Shown here: piece after piece, positions 30,842-39,973 of the stretch
Numbering within the stretch: position 1 is the stretch's first letter
Layout of the letters: every line of letters starts with the position of its first letter
From: Patescibacteria group bacterium
Lineage (GTDB): Bacteria > Patescibacteriota > Microgenomatia > UBA10105 > UBA927
Reading direction: 5' to 3'
Length of the DNA stretch: 64,000 nucleotides
Assembly: GCA_049322955.1 (NCBI GenBank)
Contig: JBMOPU010000033.1
Coordinates: forward strand, 64,784 to 128,783
Translations under genes and position numbers: made by a program
The notes under the pieces: generated by a model
Seen by the model: the letters and a program-made list of their open reading frames with translations, nothing else
The model's database searches: none
What the model was told of the DNA's origin: nothing

Positions 30842-31186
30842 TTATCGTTTCACAATATGATGTTGTTTCGGTTTCCACGTCGGGGTGCACACGATAAATA
30901 ACGCGAAGTGTCCGTCCCAATAATATTTTTCCTTCGGTTTCAGTAAAATGCAATCGCCCATCTCGATGGGCGTTTCTTTCCCTCTGTTGCCGATGACTCC
31001 GTTGCCGCTTAATACCAGTACCAACTCCGTGGAAACGGCATTCGTCGCAAATCCTTCTTCCGGATACCTTCCCGAGATAATTGCGGTAGCGCCGCTTATC
31101 CGTCTCTCACGCATGACATACTCTTCGACGGATGTCGTTGCCGATGCGTCAACACGCCTGGTTTTTTTCTGTTTAATTATCTGCAT
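30842..31186 (-). CDS. Cupin-fold protein
   Basis: GRYP, ELVLVLSGNG, GD..LKP.EKYYW. Confidence 0.65.
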   Translation of the reverse strand: MQIIKQKKTRRVDASATTSVEEYVMRERRISGATAIISGRYPEEGFATNAVSTELVLVLSGNGVIGNRGKETPIEMGDCILLKPKEKYYWDGHFALFIVCTPTWKPKQHHIVKR

Positions 31187-31196
31187 ACAGCAGGTT

Positions 31197-31502
31197 TTAC
31201 ACTTCGCCTGTTTTTTTTGCGGCTTCGAGAAACCGTCGGCGATACAGTGCTTTTTCTTCCTCAGAAAAAAGCGAGAGCATCTCAAACGTCAGCGTTGAGG
31301 TGCGGTTTTCGGTGACACATTGGTGTACCGCGGCATACCCGTAAAAATTCCATTCATGATCAACGACCAGAACGGCGATACGCAGAGGAAATGCCCGTTC
31401 ACGCTCAAGGGTTACGGTATATCGCGCTCCTTCGGTAAGTGAGGAGAACTCAAACGATTTGGGGGGACGAAGCAACGTATTTAATTCCGTCAGGTAACCC
31501 AT
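31197..31502 (-). CDS. Hypothetical protein, DUF2584-like
   Basis: MG..ELNT.L, R.FPL, VD..W pattern as recalled for this family. Confidence 0.5.
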   Translation of the reverse strand: MGYLTELNTLLRPPKSFEFSSLTEGARYTVTLERERAFPLRIAVLVVDHEWNFYGYAAVHQCVTENRTSTLTFEMLSLFSEEEKALYRRRFLEAAKKTGEV

Positions 31503-31530
31503 AGGTGCAAGAGGTATTGTACCGCGCGAG

Positions 31531-32310
31531 TTATCGTTTGTCGAAAAACCCGTGAAGGAGCAGGGCAACGATAATGGTGATGCCGCTTACGATAACCATC
31601 ATGACCAACTGTGCCATCTTTTCGCCGGTGAACCAGCTTTCCTTTGCCGGCGTGACGGTGGGAAGGGCGGTGATTGCCGGGGTGGCAGTGGGTGCCGTGG
31701 TGACCGTCGGTTGATTGCCGAAAAACAACAGGGGTTCGTCCGTAGCGGCGGAAGTCGGCGTCAATGACGGTGTCGGGGTGCGTCGCGGTGTCGGGGTCAG
31801 CGAATTTTCGGTAACCACCACCGTGTATGTGCAATAACTCGGATAGGAGGAAAATGCCTGATTGTTGTCTCGCACCCGGCAGGTGGTGTTATAGGTTCCC
31901 GCCTGGGTATAGGTGTAGGTTGTCGTAATTGAACCGAATTGACCGGCTCCCTTTTCCACCAGTCTTTTTTCACTGCCACCGAATCCGAATTCGACCGCGG
32001 TGATGTCATTATCGGGATCGTAACCCGCACAGGCAAAGGTAACCGTGAGCGGCTTGACGCCCGATCCCGGGCTTACCGAAAGCCCGGTGCATCGCGGAGG
32101 GCTGTTGGTGGGAGTCGGCGTAATCGTTGGCGTAATTGTCGGGGTCGGTGTAACCGTCGGCGAAGGGGTGACGGAAGGAGTAATTGTCGGTGTCGTTGAA
32201 AGATCTGCCCGACTGCGCACATCGGCGTTATCGGTTCGTACCGCCCACAGAAGTATGGGAAGACCGAATACGACGATAAGAATAATGGTGAGAAACGGCA
32301 GGCGCTTCAT
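31531..32310 (-). CDS. Surface protein with a PKD-like domain, Thr/Pro linkers and N- and C-terminal TMs
   Basis: SG.KPLTVTF, DPDNDI, FG, YTYTQAGTY, VRDN. Confidence 0.75.
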   Translation of the reverse strand: MKRLPFLTIILIVVFGLPILLWAVRTDNADVRSRADLSTTPTITPSVTPSPTVTPTPTITPTITPTPTNSPPRCTGLSVSPGSGVKPLTVTFACAGYDPDNDITAVEFGFGGSEKRLVEKGAGQFGSITTTYTYTQAGTYNTTCRVRDNNQAFSSYPSYCTYTVVVTENSLTPTPRRTPTPSLTPTSAATDEPLLFFGNQPTVTTAPTATPAITALPTVTPAKESWFTGEKMAQLVMMVIVSGITIIVALLLHGFFDKR

Positions 32311-32436
32311 ACAAAATAATAGGCCAACAATGAGTATATACCTATTCTGCGGAAAAATGCGAGTATGCCGATTCCGGGTCGGAATCGTCCATGAAAAAAG
32401 CATGCATCCTCAGGTTCCCATGGTATAATGCGATAC

Positions 32437-34302
32437 ATGCAATCGACCGACGTACGGAAAAAATTTATCGCCTACTATGTGAAGCGGGGACATACCGAAA
32501 TCCCTTCCGCCCCCATTGTCCCGCTCAATGATCCTTCGACCCTTTTTACCAGTTCCGGCATGCAACCGTTGGTGCCGTATTTATTGGGTGAGCACCATCC
32601 CGCGGGGACGAGACTGGTTGATAGCCAAAAATCATTTCGTTCACAGGATATCGAGGAAGTCGGCGACAACCGACACACCACGTTTTTTGAAATGTTAGGT
32701 AACTGGAGTCTTGGGGATTATTTCAAAAAGGATCAGTTACCGTGGATCTTCGGATTTTTGACGGATGAACTCTCCTTAGATCCCCGCCGGCTTTATGTCA
32801 GCGTATTTGAAGGAAACGATTCGGTTCCCAAAGACACCGAATCGATCGCGATCTGGAAGGAGTTATTTGCCAAAGTCGGCATTGATGCAAAAGAGGGAGA
32901 GCGAATATTCACCTATCCCGCCAAAAAGAATTGGTGGAGCAGATCGGGAGAGCCGGAAAAAATGCCTCCGGGAGAACCGGGTGGACCGGACAGCGAAGTG
33001 TTTTTTGATTTCGGTATCGAGCGGGGCATGCATGAGAATTCGCCGTATAAAGGGGAGGTATGTCATCCGAATTGTGATTGCGGCAGGTTTATGGAAATCG
33101 CCAACTCCGTGTTTATGCAGTATCAAAAACAGGCGGATGGAACGCTTCGGGAACTGTCACAAAAAAACGTGGACTTCGGCGGCGGATTGGAACGGATGGT
33201 TGCCGCGTCAAATGATGATCCGGATGTTTTTACTACCGATTTGTTTGCCCCCATTATCAGTGCGATTGCATCGTATGCCGGGAAAACCTACGGGACAGAT
33301 ATCAAGGAAACGCAGGCGATGCGAGTTATCGCGGATCATCTGAAAGCGGCAACGTTCATGATCGGAGAAGGCCTGTTTCCGAGTAACAAACAGCAGGGGT
33401 ACGTATTGCGCAGGCTCATCCGTCGTGCCGTCGTGAAAATGCATCAGCTTGGAGGGACGGGATCAAAAGCGGAACTGGGAGTGACGGTATTCCGTGCCGT
33501 GGGGAATATATACAAAGACGTGTATTTTTCTCCGGAATCGCCCGAATTTTCCGAAAAAGAACAGATTCTGTCGGAAGAAATTTTCCGTTTCGAAAAAGTG
33601 CTCCGAACAGGGATGACGGAACTCAAAAAACACGAAACGATTACGGGTACCGTCGCCTTTGATTTATTGCAAAGCTACGGATTTCCGTGGGAACTTACCT
33701 ATGAATTGGCGCTCGATAAGGGTCAGCAGGTGGATAAGGAAGAATTCCAGAAGGAATTTAAAAAACACCAGGATCTTTCCCGAACCGCGGCCGCCGGTAT
33801 GTTTAAAGGAGGACTCGCCGATCATTCGGAAGCCACGACGAAGTTACACACCGCGCATCATTTACTTTTGGCATCATTACAACAGTTGATTGATCCGTCT
33901 ATTAAGCAGAGGGGAAGCAATATTACGGCGGAACGACTGCGTATTGACGTGAGTTTTGCCCGTAAGTTCACCCCCGAGGAACTTAAGAAGGTGGAGGATT
34001 CCGTGAACTCCGCAATCAGCAAAAATCTTGCGGTAACTCGTGCGGAAATGCCGCGTGAGGTGGCTGAAAAAATCGGTGCTCAAATGGAATTCGGCACAAA
34101 ATATCCGGAAAAAGTAAGCGTATATATCGTCGGTTTGAGCGATGGCGTATCTCCCGAACAGGCGACTCCCAAACACTATTTTTCGGCCGAGTTTTGCGGC
34201 GGACCGCATGTCACCTTTACAGGTACTTTGGGTCACTTTACAATAGTAAAAGAGGATGCAAGTGGCGCCGGAGTACGAAGAATATACGCAAAGCTCAGTT
34301 AA
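32437..34302 (+). CDS. alaS: Alanine--tRNA ligase, short form without C-Ala
   Basis: LFTSSGMQPL, HTTFFEMLGNWS, GLER, editing motifs HTAHH and CGGPH. Confidence 0.97.
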   Translation: MQSTDVRKKFIAYYVKRGHTEIPSAPIVPLNDPSTLFTSSGMQPLVPYLLGEHHPAGTRLVDSQKSFRSQDIEEVGDNRHTTFFEMLGNWSLGDYFKKDQLPWIFGFLTDELSLDPRRLYVSVFEGNDSVPKDTESIAIWKELFAKVGIDAKEGERIFTYPAKKNWWSRSGEPEKMPPGEPGGPDSEVFFDFGIERGMHENSPYKGEVCHPNCDCGRFMEIANSVFMQYQKQADGTLRELSQKNVDFGGGLERMVAASNDDPDVFTTDLFAPIISAIASYAGKTYGTDIKETQAMRVIADHLKAATFMIGEGLFPSNKQQGYVLRRLIRRAVVKMHQLGGTGSKAELGVTVFRAVGNIYKDVYFSPESPEFSEKEQILSEEIFRFEKVLRTGMTELKKHETITGTVAFDLLQSYGFPWELTYELALDKGQQVDKEEFQKEFKKHQDLSRTAAAGMFKGGLADHSEATTKLHTAHHLLLASLQQLIDPSIKQRGSNITAERLRIDVSFARKFTPEELKKVEDSVNSAISKNLAVTRAEMPREVAEKIGAQMEFGTKYPEKVSVYIVGLSDGVSPEQATPKHYFSAEFCGGPHVTFTGTLGHFTIVKEDASGAGVRRIYAKLS

Positions 34303-34310
34303 TACGTCCG

Positions 34311-36767
34311 ATGATGAAACTTCCCGATGTCTTTTCAGGATTCCTGCAAAAAAAGGAAGAAACGAAGGATTATTTTTTTTCCTTATATCTTGATGTTGAT
34401 GCCGCGGCCGTGGCCGTTTGGCACATCGATCCGTCCGGAGCCCCCAAAGTAGAAAGTTTTGCCCATGCGGTGATCGCAAACGACACATGGGAAGCCCGCA
34501 TTCAGGTTGTCGACCGGTTACTTTCCGCCGCCGAGGAGAAAGTCGGAGTGACAAAGCCCATTACAAAAACGGTATTCGGTATTGCCGGTTCGTATCTTAC
34601 CCCGGACGGCAATATCACCGAATCGGTCCGTCCGCACTTAAAAAAGCTGTCGCATATGCTGGAGTTGACTCCCGTCGGATTCGTACCGTTGTTTCAGGCG
34701 ATTGCTTTTTCGATTAAACGTGAGGAAGGGGTACCGACAAGCGCCGTGTTGCTCGGATGTTCGGGAAAAACCGCCCGCATGAGTTTGTTTCGAGTCGGCC
34801 AGCTCACGCATGACTTCATGATGGTCTTCGGAGAAGATCCCGCGTCGGCGCTCGAATCAGAATTGAAAAAGATGCAGGACGGCGACGTCCTTCCTTCCCG
34901 CATATTGCTGTACGGAGGAAACGCGCAACTACTCGAGGAAGCCCGAGCCAAGTTACTCAAACATCCCTGGCCGTCCCGGGCAAACTTCCTTCATTTTCCG
35001 AAAATAGAAGTGATTTCCGTGGAGGATCTTTTGACGTCAGTATCGCTTGCGGGCGCTTCCGAGCTTGCTTCAGAAATCGGAGAATCCGCAGATACGGCCG
35101 ATGCGGGAGAGGAAGTTTCGGTGGTGGCACAAGCACCCGCCGTCGCCCATAAGGATTCCGGGACCGACGAAGCGGCGACCGCCGATGACATAACGGCGGA
35201 AGCCGATGAGGAAGAAGAGGCGGAAGAAGTGCCGGACGAAGATACGGAAGAAGACGAAGAGACGCAGGAAACCGAGGGCGATGAAGAGGAAGAAGAAACA
35301 CACGAGGCGGTCGCAGATATGCAGGGCGTGAGCATCGGTGATAATGATGGACAGGATACGATGCCCGGCAATGCGGTCGGGACTGACGAATCCGTATCCG
35401 TGGACGCGGACCGGGAGGATTTGGCCAACGTGACGATGGTTACTCCCGAGTCACTCGGTTTTCGTCATGAGGACGTACTTGAAAAACCGTCCGCACCGGT
35501 CTCTGCAGGACATACGCCGCGGGGCTCAAGCGCGAAAAAACTGTCGTTTGCGGCATTGTCCGGGAAAATGCCGAAATTTTCACTGGTAGACACAAAATCC
35601 GTACTTACCGGCATGCTGTCCCGGCTTTTCAGAGGCAAAGGGAAAACTTTGCCTATCGCGGGGGGAATCGTTGTCGTGGGGCTCATCCTTTTTGCGCTTT
35701 ATTACACGGTGCCGAAGTCAACGATAACGGTGCTTGTTGCCTCGCAATCTCTTGATGAATCAACGGTCGTTTCCGTCGATCCCAAGGCAACGGTTGCCGA
35801 TCCCGAAAGTAAAACCATTCCCGGAAAAAATCAGGAACAATCGGTGACCGGTGAAAAAACCATTGCGGTAACCGGCAAAAAAAACATCGGTGATCCCGCA
35901 AAAGGCACGGTCACGATTTATAACAAGGTAACCAGCGGGAGATCGTTCCCCAAGGGAACAACGCTTACCTCGCAGGGAGTAGCATTTACCCTCGATAGTG
36001 ATGTCAGTGTGGCATCCGCAAGTGAAACGATCGGTTCCATTACGTTCGGCAAGGCGACCGCAAACGTAACCGCAAAAGAAATCGGACCGAACGGAAACCT
36101 TGCGGCAAGTTCCGAATTTAGCTTTGCCAATGTGAGCCCTTCCAGCATATCGGCGAGGAATGAAAGCGCCTTTACCGGAGGAACAAGCAAACAGGTGACC
36201 GTGGTGTCGCGTGCCGATCAGGATGCGCTTGTTTCGGCAATTACCGAGGAGTTGGTGGGACAGGCAAAAGAACAGCTTCGCAGTACCGGAGAAGCGGGAG
36301 ACCGACTGATTGATGCCACCATCAAAACGGAAGTGGCCGAGAAAGTGTTTGACGCGGAACTGAATCAGGAGGCAACACAACTACACGGCAAAATAACCGT
36401 CAAAGTATCCGGCATAAGCATCGGGGACAGTGACGTCAAAGCGGCGTTGCTTCCTCTTGTGACGGCAAAGATTCCGTCGGGATACCGATTGGCTCCGGAA
36501 CAGACGAATGTGACGACCAGTAATGTTACCGTAAAGAAAGACGGCACGATTACCCTTACGGCAAAACTTACCGCGGTAGCGCTTCCCGAAATCAATACTG
36601 AAGCGCTTCGTACCCAACTGGTAGGCAAGCCGGTCAATGAGGCAACCGCTATCTTACGGCAAACGCAGGGAGTAGCAGGAGCTGAATATCGCTTTACGTT
36701 ATCACCCTCGCATTCACGGCTTCCGATGAGCCGGAATAACATCACCATCACCGTCATGGTACAGTAA
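34311..36767 (+). CDS. FtsA/PilM-like N-domain + acidic linker + TM + baseplate J-like domain
   Basis: Actin-fold-like alternation at the N-terminus, D/E-rich linker, one TM, 'AKGTVTIYN', 'A..IGPNGNL', 'FTGGT..V..V..AD'. Confidence 0.65.
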   Translation: MMKLPDVFSGFLQKKEETKDYFFSLYLDVDAAAVAVWHIDPSGAPKVESFAHAVIANDTWEARIQVVDRLLSAAEEKVGVTKPITKTVFGIAGSYLTPDGNITESVRPHLKKLSHMLELTPVGFVPLFQAIAFSIKREEGVPTSAVLLGCSGKTARMSLFRVGQLTHDFMMVFGEDPASALESELKKMQDGDVLPSRILLYGGNAQLLEEARAKLLKHPWPSRANFLHFPKIEVISVEDLLTSVSLAGASELASEIGESADTADAGEEVSVVAQAPAVAHKDSGTDEAATADDITAEADEEEEAEEVPDEDTEEDEETQETEGDEEEEETHEAVADMQGVSIGDNDGQDTMPGNAVGTDESVSVDADREDLANVTMVTPESLGFRHEDVLEKPSAPVSAGHTPRGSSAKKLSFAALSGKMPKFSLVDTKSVLTGMLSRLFRGKGKTLPIAGGIVVVGLILFALYYTVPKSTITVLVASQSLDESTVVSVDPKATVADPESKTIPGKNQEQSVTGEKTIAVTGKKNIGDPAKGTVTIYNKVTSGRSFPKGTTLTSQGVAFTLDSDVSVASASETIGSITFGKATANVTAKEIGPNGNLAASSEFSFANVSPSSISARNESAFTGGTSKQVTVVSRADQDALVSAITEELVGQAKEQLRSTGEAGDRLIDATIKTEVAEKVFDAELNQEATQLHGKITVKVSGISIGDSDVKAALLPLVTAKIPSGYRLAPEQTNVTTSNVTVKKDGTITLTAKLTAVALPEINTEALRTQLVGKPVNEATAILRQTQGVAGAEYRFTLSPSHSRLPMSRNNITITVMVQ

Positions 36768-36800
36768 ATGAAGGGGGTATCCCTTTCGAACTAACGTCAT

Positions 36801-37508
36801 ATGGCCATGTACCGCTATGTCAAAACTGTTCCCCGTCCGCCGGTGGCACGCCCGGTTGTTTTTTCGTATGTTTTGATGTCTATCGGGGTCCTCATCATCA
36901 TGTGGACCGTATGGCCTATCCTTTCGTTTTTCTTTGTTGATCAGGTGGTATTAGCCAAAACGGTGAGTCCGCTTTCTGATCCGACGGGCATGAGTACGGG
37001 AGCGGCGCTCGTCTATGCAAACGGCGCAAAAGATACGACGGATCCCAATACCTGGTTCCCGACCAAGCCGCAGAAAAAGAACTCGGCACAGGTCAACAGT
37101 TACACGCTCACCATACCATCGCTGGGGATTTCATCGGCCTCGGTCATCATCGCGGGAGATGATTTGGCAAAAAGCCTTATCCATTACGGCGGTACCGCAA
37201 ATCCCGGAGACTACGGAAATACCGTTATTTTCGGGCATTCCACCTTGCCGCAGTTTTTTCGCGGCATCAAAGACTACAAAACGATATTCGCCACGCTCCC
37301 CACAATCAAAGTGGGAGACGAGATACGGGTAACGTTTGACGGTTTGGATTATAAATATGTCGTAACCGACAAAGTTGTCGTGGAGCCTACCGACTTAACG
37401 CCGCTTGAACAGCGGTTTGATGATTCGTATCTGACGCTTGTTACCTGCGTACCGCCGGGAACCTATCTGTATCGACTGAATGTCAAAGCAAAACTGGTGC
37501 GTATATAA
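36801..37508 (+). CDS. Sortase (class D/E-like)
   Basis: N-terminal TM, VIFGHS, TLVTC and a downstream Arg (complete triad). Confidence 0.92.
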   Translation: MAMYRYVKTVPRPPVARPVVFSYVLMSIGVLIIMWTVWPILSFFFVDQVVLAKTVSPLSDPTGMSTGAALVYANGAKDTTDPNTWFPTKPQKKNSAQVNSYTLTIPSLGISSASVIIAGDDLAKSLIHYGGTANPGDYGNTVIFGHSTLPQFFRGIKDYKTIFATLPTIKVGDEIRVTFDGLDYKYVVTDKVVVEPTDLTPLEQRFDDSYLTLVTCVPPGTYLYRLNVKAKLVRI

Positions 37509-37540
37509 CCAATATTTATCAAAGAAAGGAACCGTACCCT

Positions 37541-38800
37541 ATGTCCGCAAATTCACAACAAAAAGCAATTGATGCGATCAAAAAAAAGCTTGTCGGCAAA
37601 AGTTTAAACTATGATGAAATTTATGCCATCATGGATGAAATAGCCACCGAAAAACTCAGTCCCGTGCTCACCACGTATTTTGCGGCGGCAGGGTTCAAAG
37701 AAGGGTTTTCCGATGATGAACTGTACTCGCTCACGAAAGCGATGGTGGCGACGGGTCCGCGGTTAAAATTCAGCGGGATTGTGGCGGATAAACATTCCGC
37801 GGGAGGGGTTGCCGGCACACGAACGACCATGATCGTCGTCCCGATAATCGCGGCGGCAGGCTATAAAATCCCGAAAACTTCCACGAGAGCGATCACGTCT
37901 CCCGCGGGGACGGCGGACACCATGGAAGTAGTCGCTCCCGTGACCTTTACGACCGCACAGATCACCCATATCGTCGAAAAAGTCGGCGGCTGTATCGTGT
38001 GGGGCGGACATGTGGGACTTGCTCCCGCGGACGATATATTAATCCAGGTCGAGCGACCGCTCGCGTTTGAATCCTACGACAAAATCATCGTTTCGGTAAT
38101 GGCGAAAAAAATTGCCTCGGGAGCAAACCATCTGGTGCTTGACCTCCCGGTGGGACCCACGATGAAAATCCAGCATTTTAAGGATGCGGAGCTCATGGCG
38201 AAAAAGTTTATGATGCTCGGCAAAAAATTTAAGATGCATATTGTTATCGACATCAATGAAGTTCGCCAAAATGCCGGTCGGGGCATCGGCCCGGTGCTTG
38301 AGGCACGCGATGTGTTTCAGGTATTGGAACAGGCTCCGGAACGACCCTTAGCATTGGAAGCAAAAGCACTGCGGCTTGCAGGCAAACTTTTGTCGATTTG
38401 CTTTGCCGATACGCCCGGCAAAAAAGGTATGGACGGTGAAGAGGCGGCAAGAGAAATACTCTCAAGCGGTAAAGCGCTTGCCAAAATGCGCGAAATAATC
38501 AAAGCACAGGGAGGAGAACCGGGTGTCGTGAGCAGTAAATTGACACCGGGGAAGGAAGTCTATGAATTAAAGGCTCCCAAAAAAGGTATGATTGCCTCGA
38601 TGAATAACCAGCAAATAACGGTGATTTGCCGCATTCTCGGATGTCCCACGGATAAACGGGCGGGGATGTATTTGAATCGAAAACTTGAAGAGCGGGTGGA
38701 TAAAGGTGATATACTAGCTACGATTTACAGTTCGGATAAATGGCGTCTCAAGGAAGCGGCGGAAACGCTCAAGACGATGCCCGTTTATACCGTTGAATAA
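37541..38800 (+). CDS. Thymidine phosphorylase family, AMP phosphorylase-like
   Basis: DKHSAGG, PKTSTRAITSPAGTAD, LAPADD, SVMAKK, GIGPVLEARD. Confidence 0.88.
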   Translation: MSANSQQKAIDAIKKKLVGKSLNYDEIYAIMDEIATEKLSPVLTTYFAAAGFKEGFSDDELYSLTKAMVATGPRLKFSGIVADKHSAGGVAGTRTTMIVVPIIAAAGYKIPKTSTRAITSPAGTADTMEVVAPVTFTTAQITHIVEKVGGCIVWGGHVGLAPADDILIQVERPLAFESYDKIIVSVMAKKIASGANHLVLDLPVGPTMKIQHFKDAELMAKKFMMLGKKFKMHIVIDINEVRQNAGRGIGPVLEARDVFQVLEQAPERPLALEAKALRLAGKLLSICFADTPGKKGMDGEEAAREILSSGKALAKMREIIKAQGGEPGVVSSKLTPGKEVYELKAPKKGMIASMNNQQITVICRILGCPTDKRAGMYLNRKLEERVDKGDILATIYSSDKWRLKEAAETLKTMPVYTVE

Positions 38801-38801
38801 T

Positions 38802-38993
38802 ATGTTCAAAAACATGTTGGCGCCGGTACAGGCATGGCTCCTCAGTCAGGGGAAATGTGTCGGATGCGGCAAGGCACTTGGAACCGGAACGGGCAATGAT
38901 ATCGTGCGCATCGTATGCACCTGCGGACGAATTTATATGTACGATCCGGCGGCAAAAAAATACCGCCGTGCGCTTCTCAATGAAATCAAATAA
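38802..38993 (+). CDS. Small zinc-ribbon protein
   Basis: CVGC...CTC, 63 aa, tightly coupled to both neighbours. Confidence 0.65.
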   Translation: MFKNMLAPVQAWLLSQGKCVGCGKALGTGTGNDIVRIVCTCGRIYMYDPAAKKYRRALLNEIK

Positions 38994-39960
38994 CACAGTT
39001 ATGACCAGAGTGACCGTATTTCTTATCGTTCTGATTCTCGTGGTCGGCGGGGCGCTTGCCTGGTGGTTTGACAGTACGAGAGCATCGGACGGCACCGATA
39101 AAACGCCGGTGGCGTTTCGGATCAATGCGGGAGACGGCGTACGGGTGATAGCCGCAAATCTTGCGGAGGAAAATCTCATTCGCAGTCCCACCGCATTCTT
39201 CGTATTGATTAAACTCATGGGTATAGAGCGTAATTTACAGGCGGGAGAATTCCGCCTGAATCGTGCCATGGACAGCAGAACCGTGGCACGTGAGTTGACC
39301 CATGGATTTCAGGATACCTGGATAACCACGCTCGAGGGATGGCGCAACGAAGAAATTGCCGCGGCGTTATCCAAAAATCTTGATATCCCCGAAAGCGAAT
39401 TTCTGAAAGTCGCCAAGCTCGGCTATATGTTTCCCGATACGTATTTAGTGCCGCAGGATGCAACGGCAGGGGCTATCATCACGCTTTTTACCGCGGCATT
39501 CGATAAAAAAGTCACCCCGGAGATGCGTGCGGATATCAGGGCATCGGGTATGACGCTTCACGAGGTCATTACGCTCGCATCAATCGTCGAACGGGAAGGG
39601 CACACCGATGAAGATCGTCCGATTATTGCGGGGATCCTCCTCAACAGATTGAAGGCGGGGTGGCCGCTCCAAGCCGATGCGACATTACAATTCGCGCTGG
39701 GCTACCAGGCGAAAGAAAAAACCTGGTGGAAGAAAGTATTATATGACGAAGATAAAAAGATTAATTCTCCGTACAACACGTATGCAAACACGGGACTTCC
39801 TCCTGGTCCGATCAGTAACCCGGGGATTGCCTCTATTCGCGCGGCGATATATCCCAAACAAACTTCATACTGGTTCTATCTCCACGATCCATCGGGAGCC
39901 GTGCATTATGCGGAAACCCTAGACGAACATAACGCGAATATTGCCAAGTACCTACGGTAA
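38980..39960 (+). CDS. mltG: Endolytic transglycosylase MltG
   Basis: GYMFPDTY, LASIVERE, LQADAT, SPYNTY..GLPPGPISNPG. Confidence 0.95.
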   Translation: MKSNNTVMTRVTVFLIVLILVVGGALAWWFDSTRASDGTDKTPVAFRINAGDGVRVIAANLAEENLIRSPTAFFVLIKLMGIERNLQAGEFRLNRAMDSRTVARELTHGFQDTWITTLEGWRNEEIAAALSKNLDIPESEFLKVAKLGYMFPDTYLVPQDATAGAIITLFTAAFDKKVTPEMRADIRASGMTLHEVITLASIVEREGHTDEDRPIIAGILLNRLKAGWPLQADATLQFALGYQAKEKTWWKKVLYDEDKKINSPYNTYANTGLPPGPISNPGIASIRAAIYPKQTSYWFYLHDPSGAVHYAETLDEHNANIAKYLR

Positions 39961-39973
39961 GCTTGTTTTTCTC

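Noticed and set aside
31660-32195. Repetitive GTCGG/GGTG tracts, also near 5260-5310
   Set aside because: They encode Thr/Pro linkers and are not DNA repeats
34194-34310. Upstream extensions in the ORF track (also 5938, 12211, 16092, 38857, 46110)
   Set aside because: They overlap neighbouring genes or promoters; downstream ATGs fit SD or -10 spacing better
35160-35305. GAA/GAC-rich low-complexity tract
   Set aside because: Encodes the acidic linker of the 34311 protein
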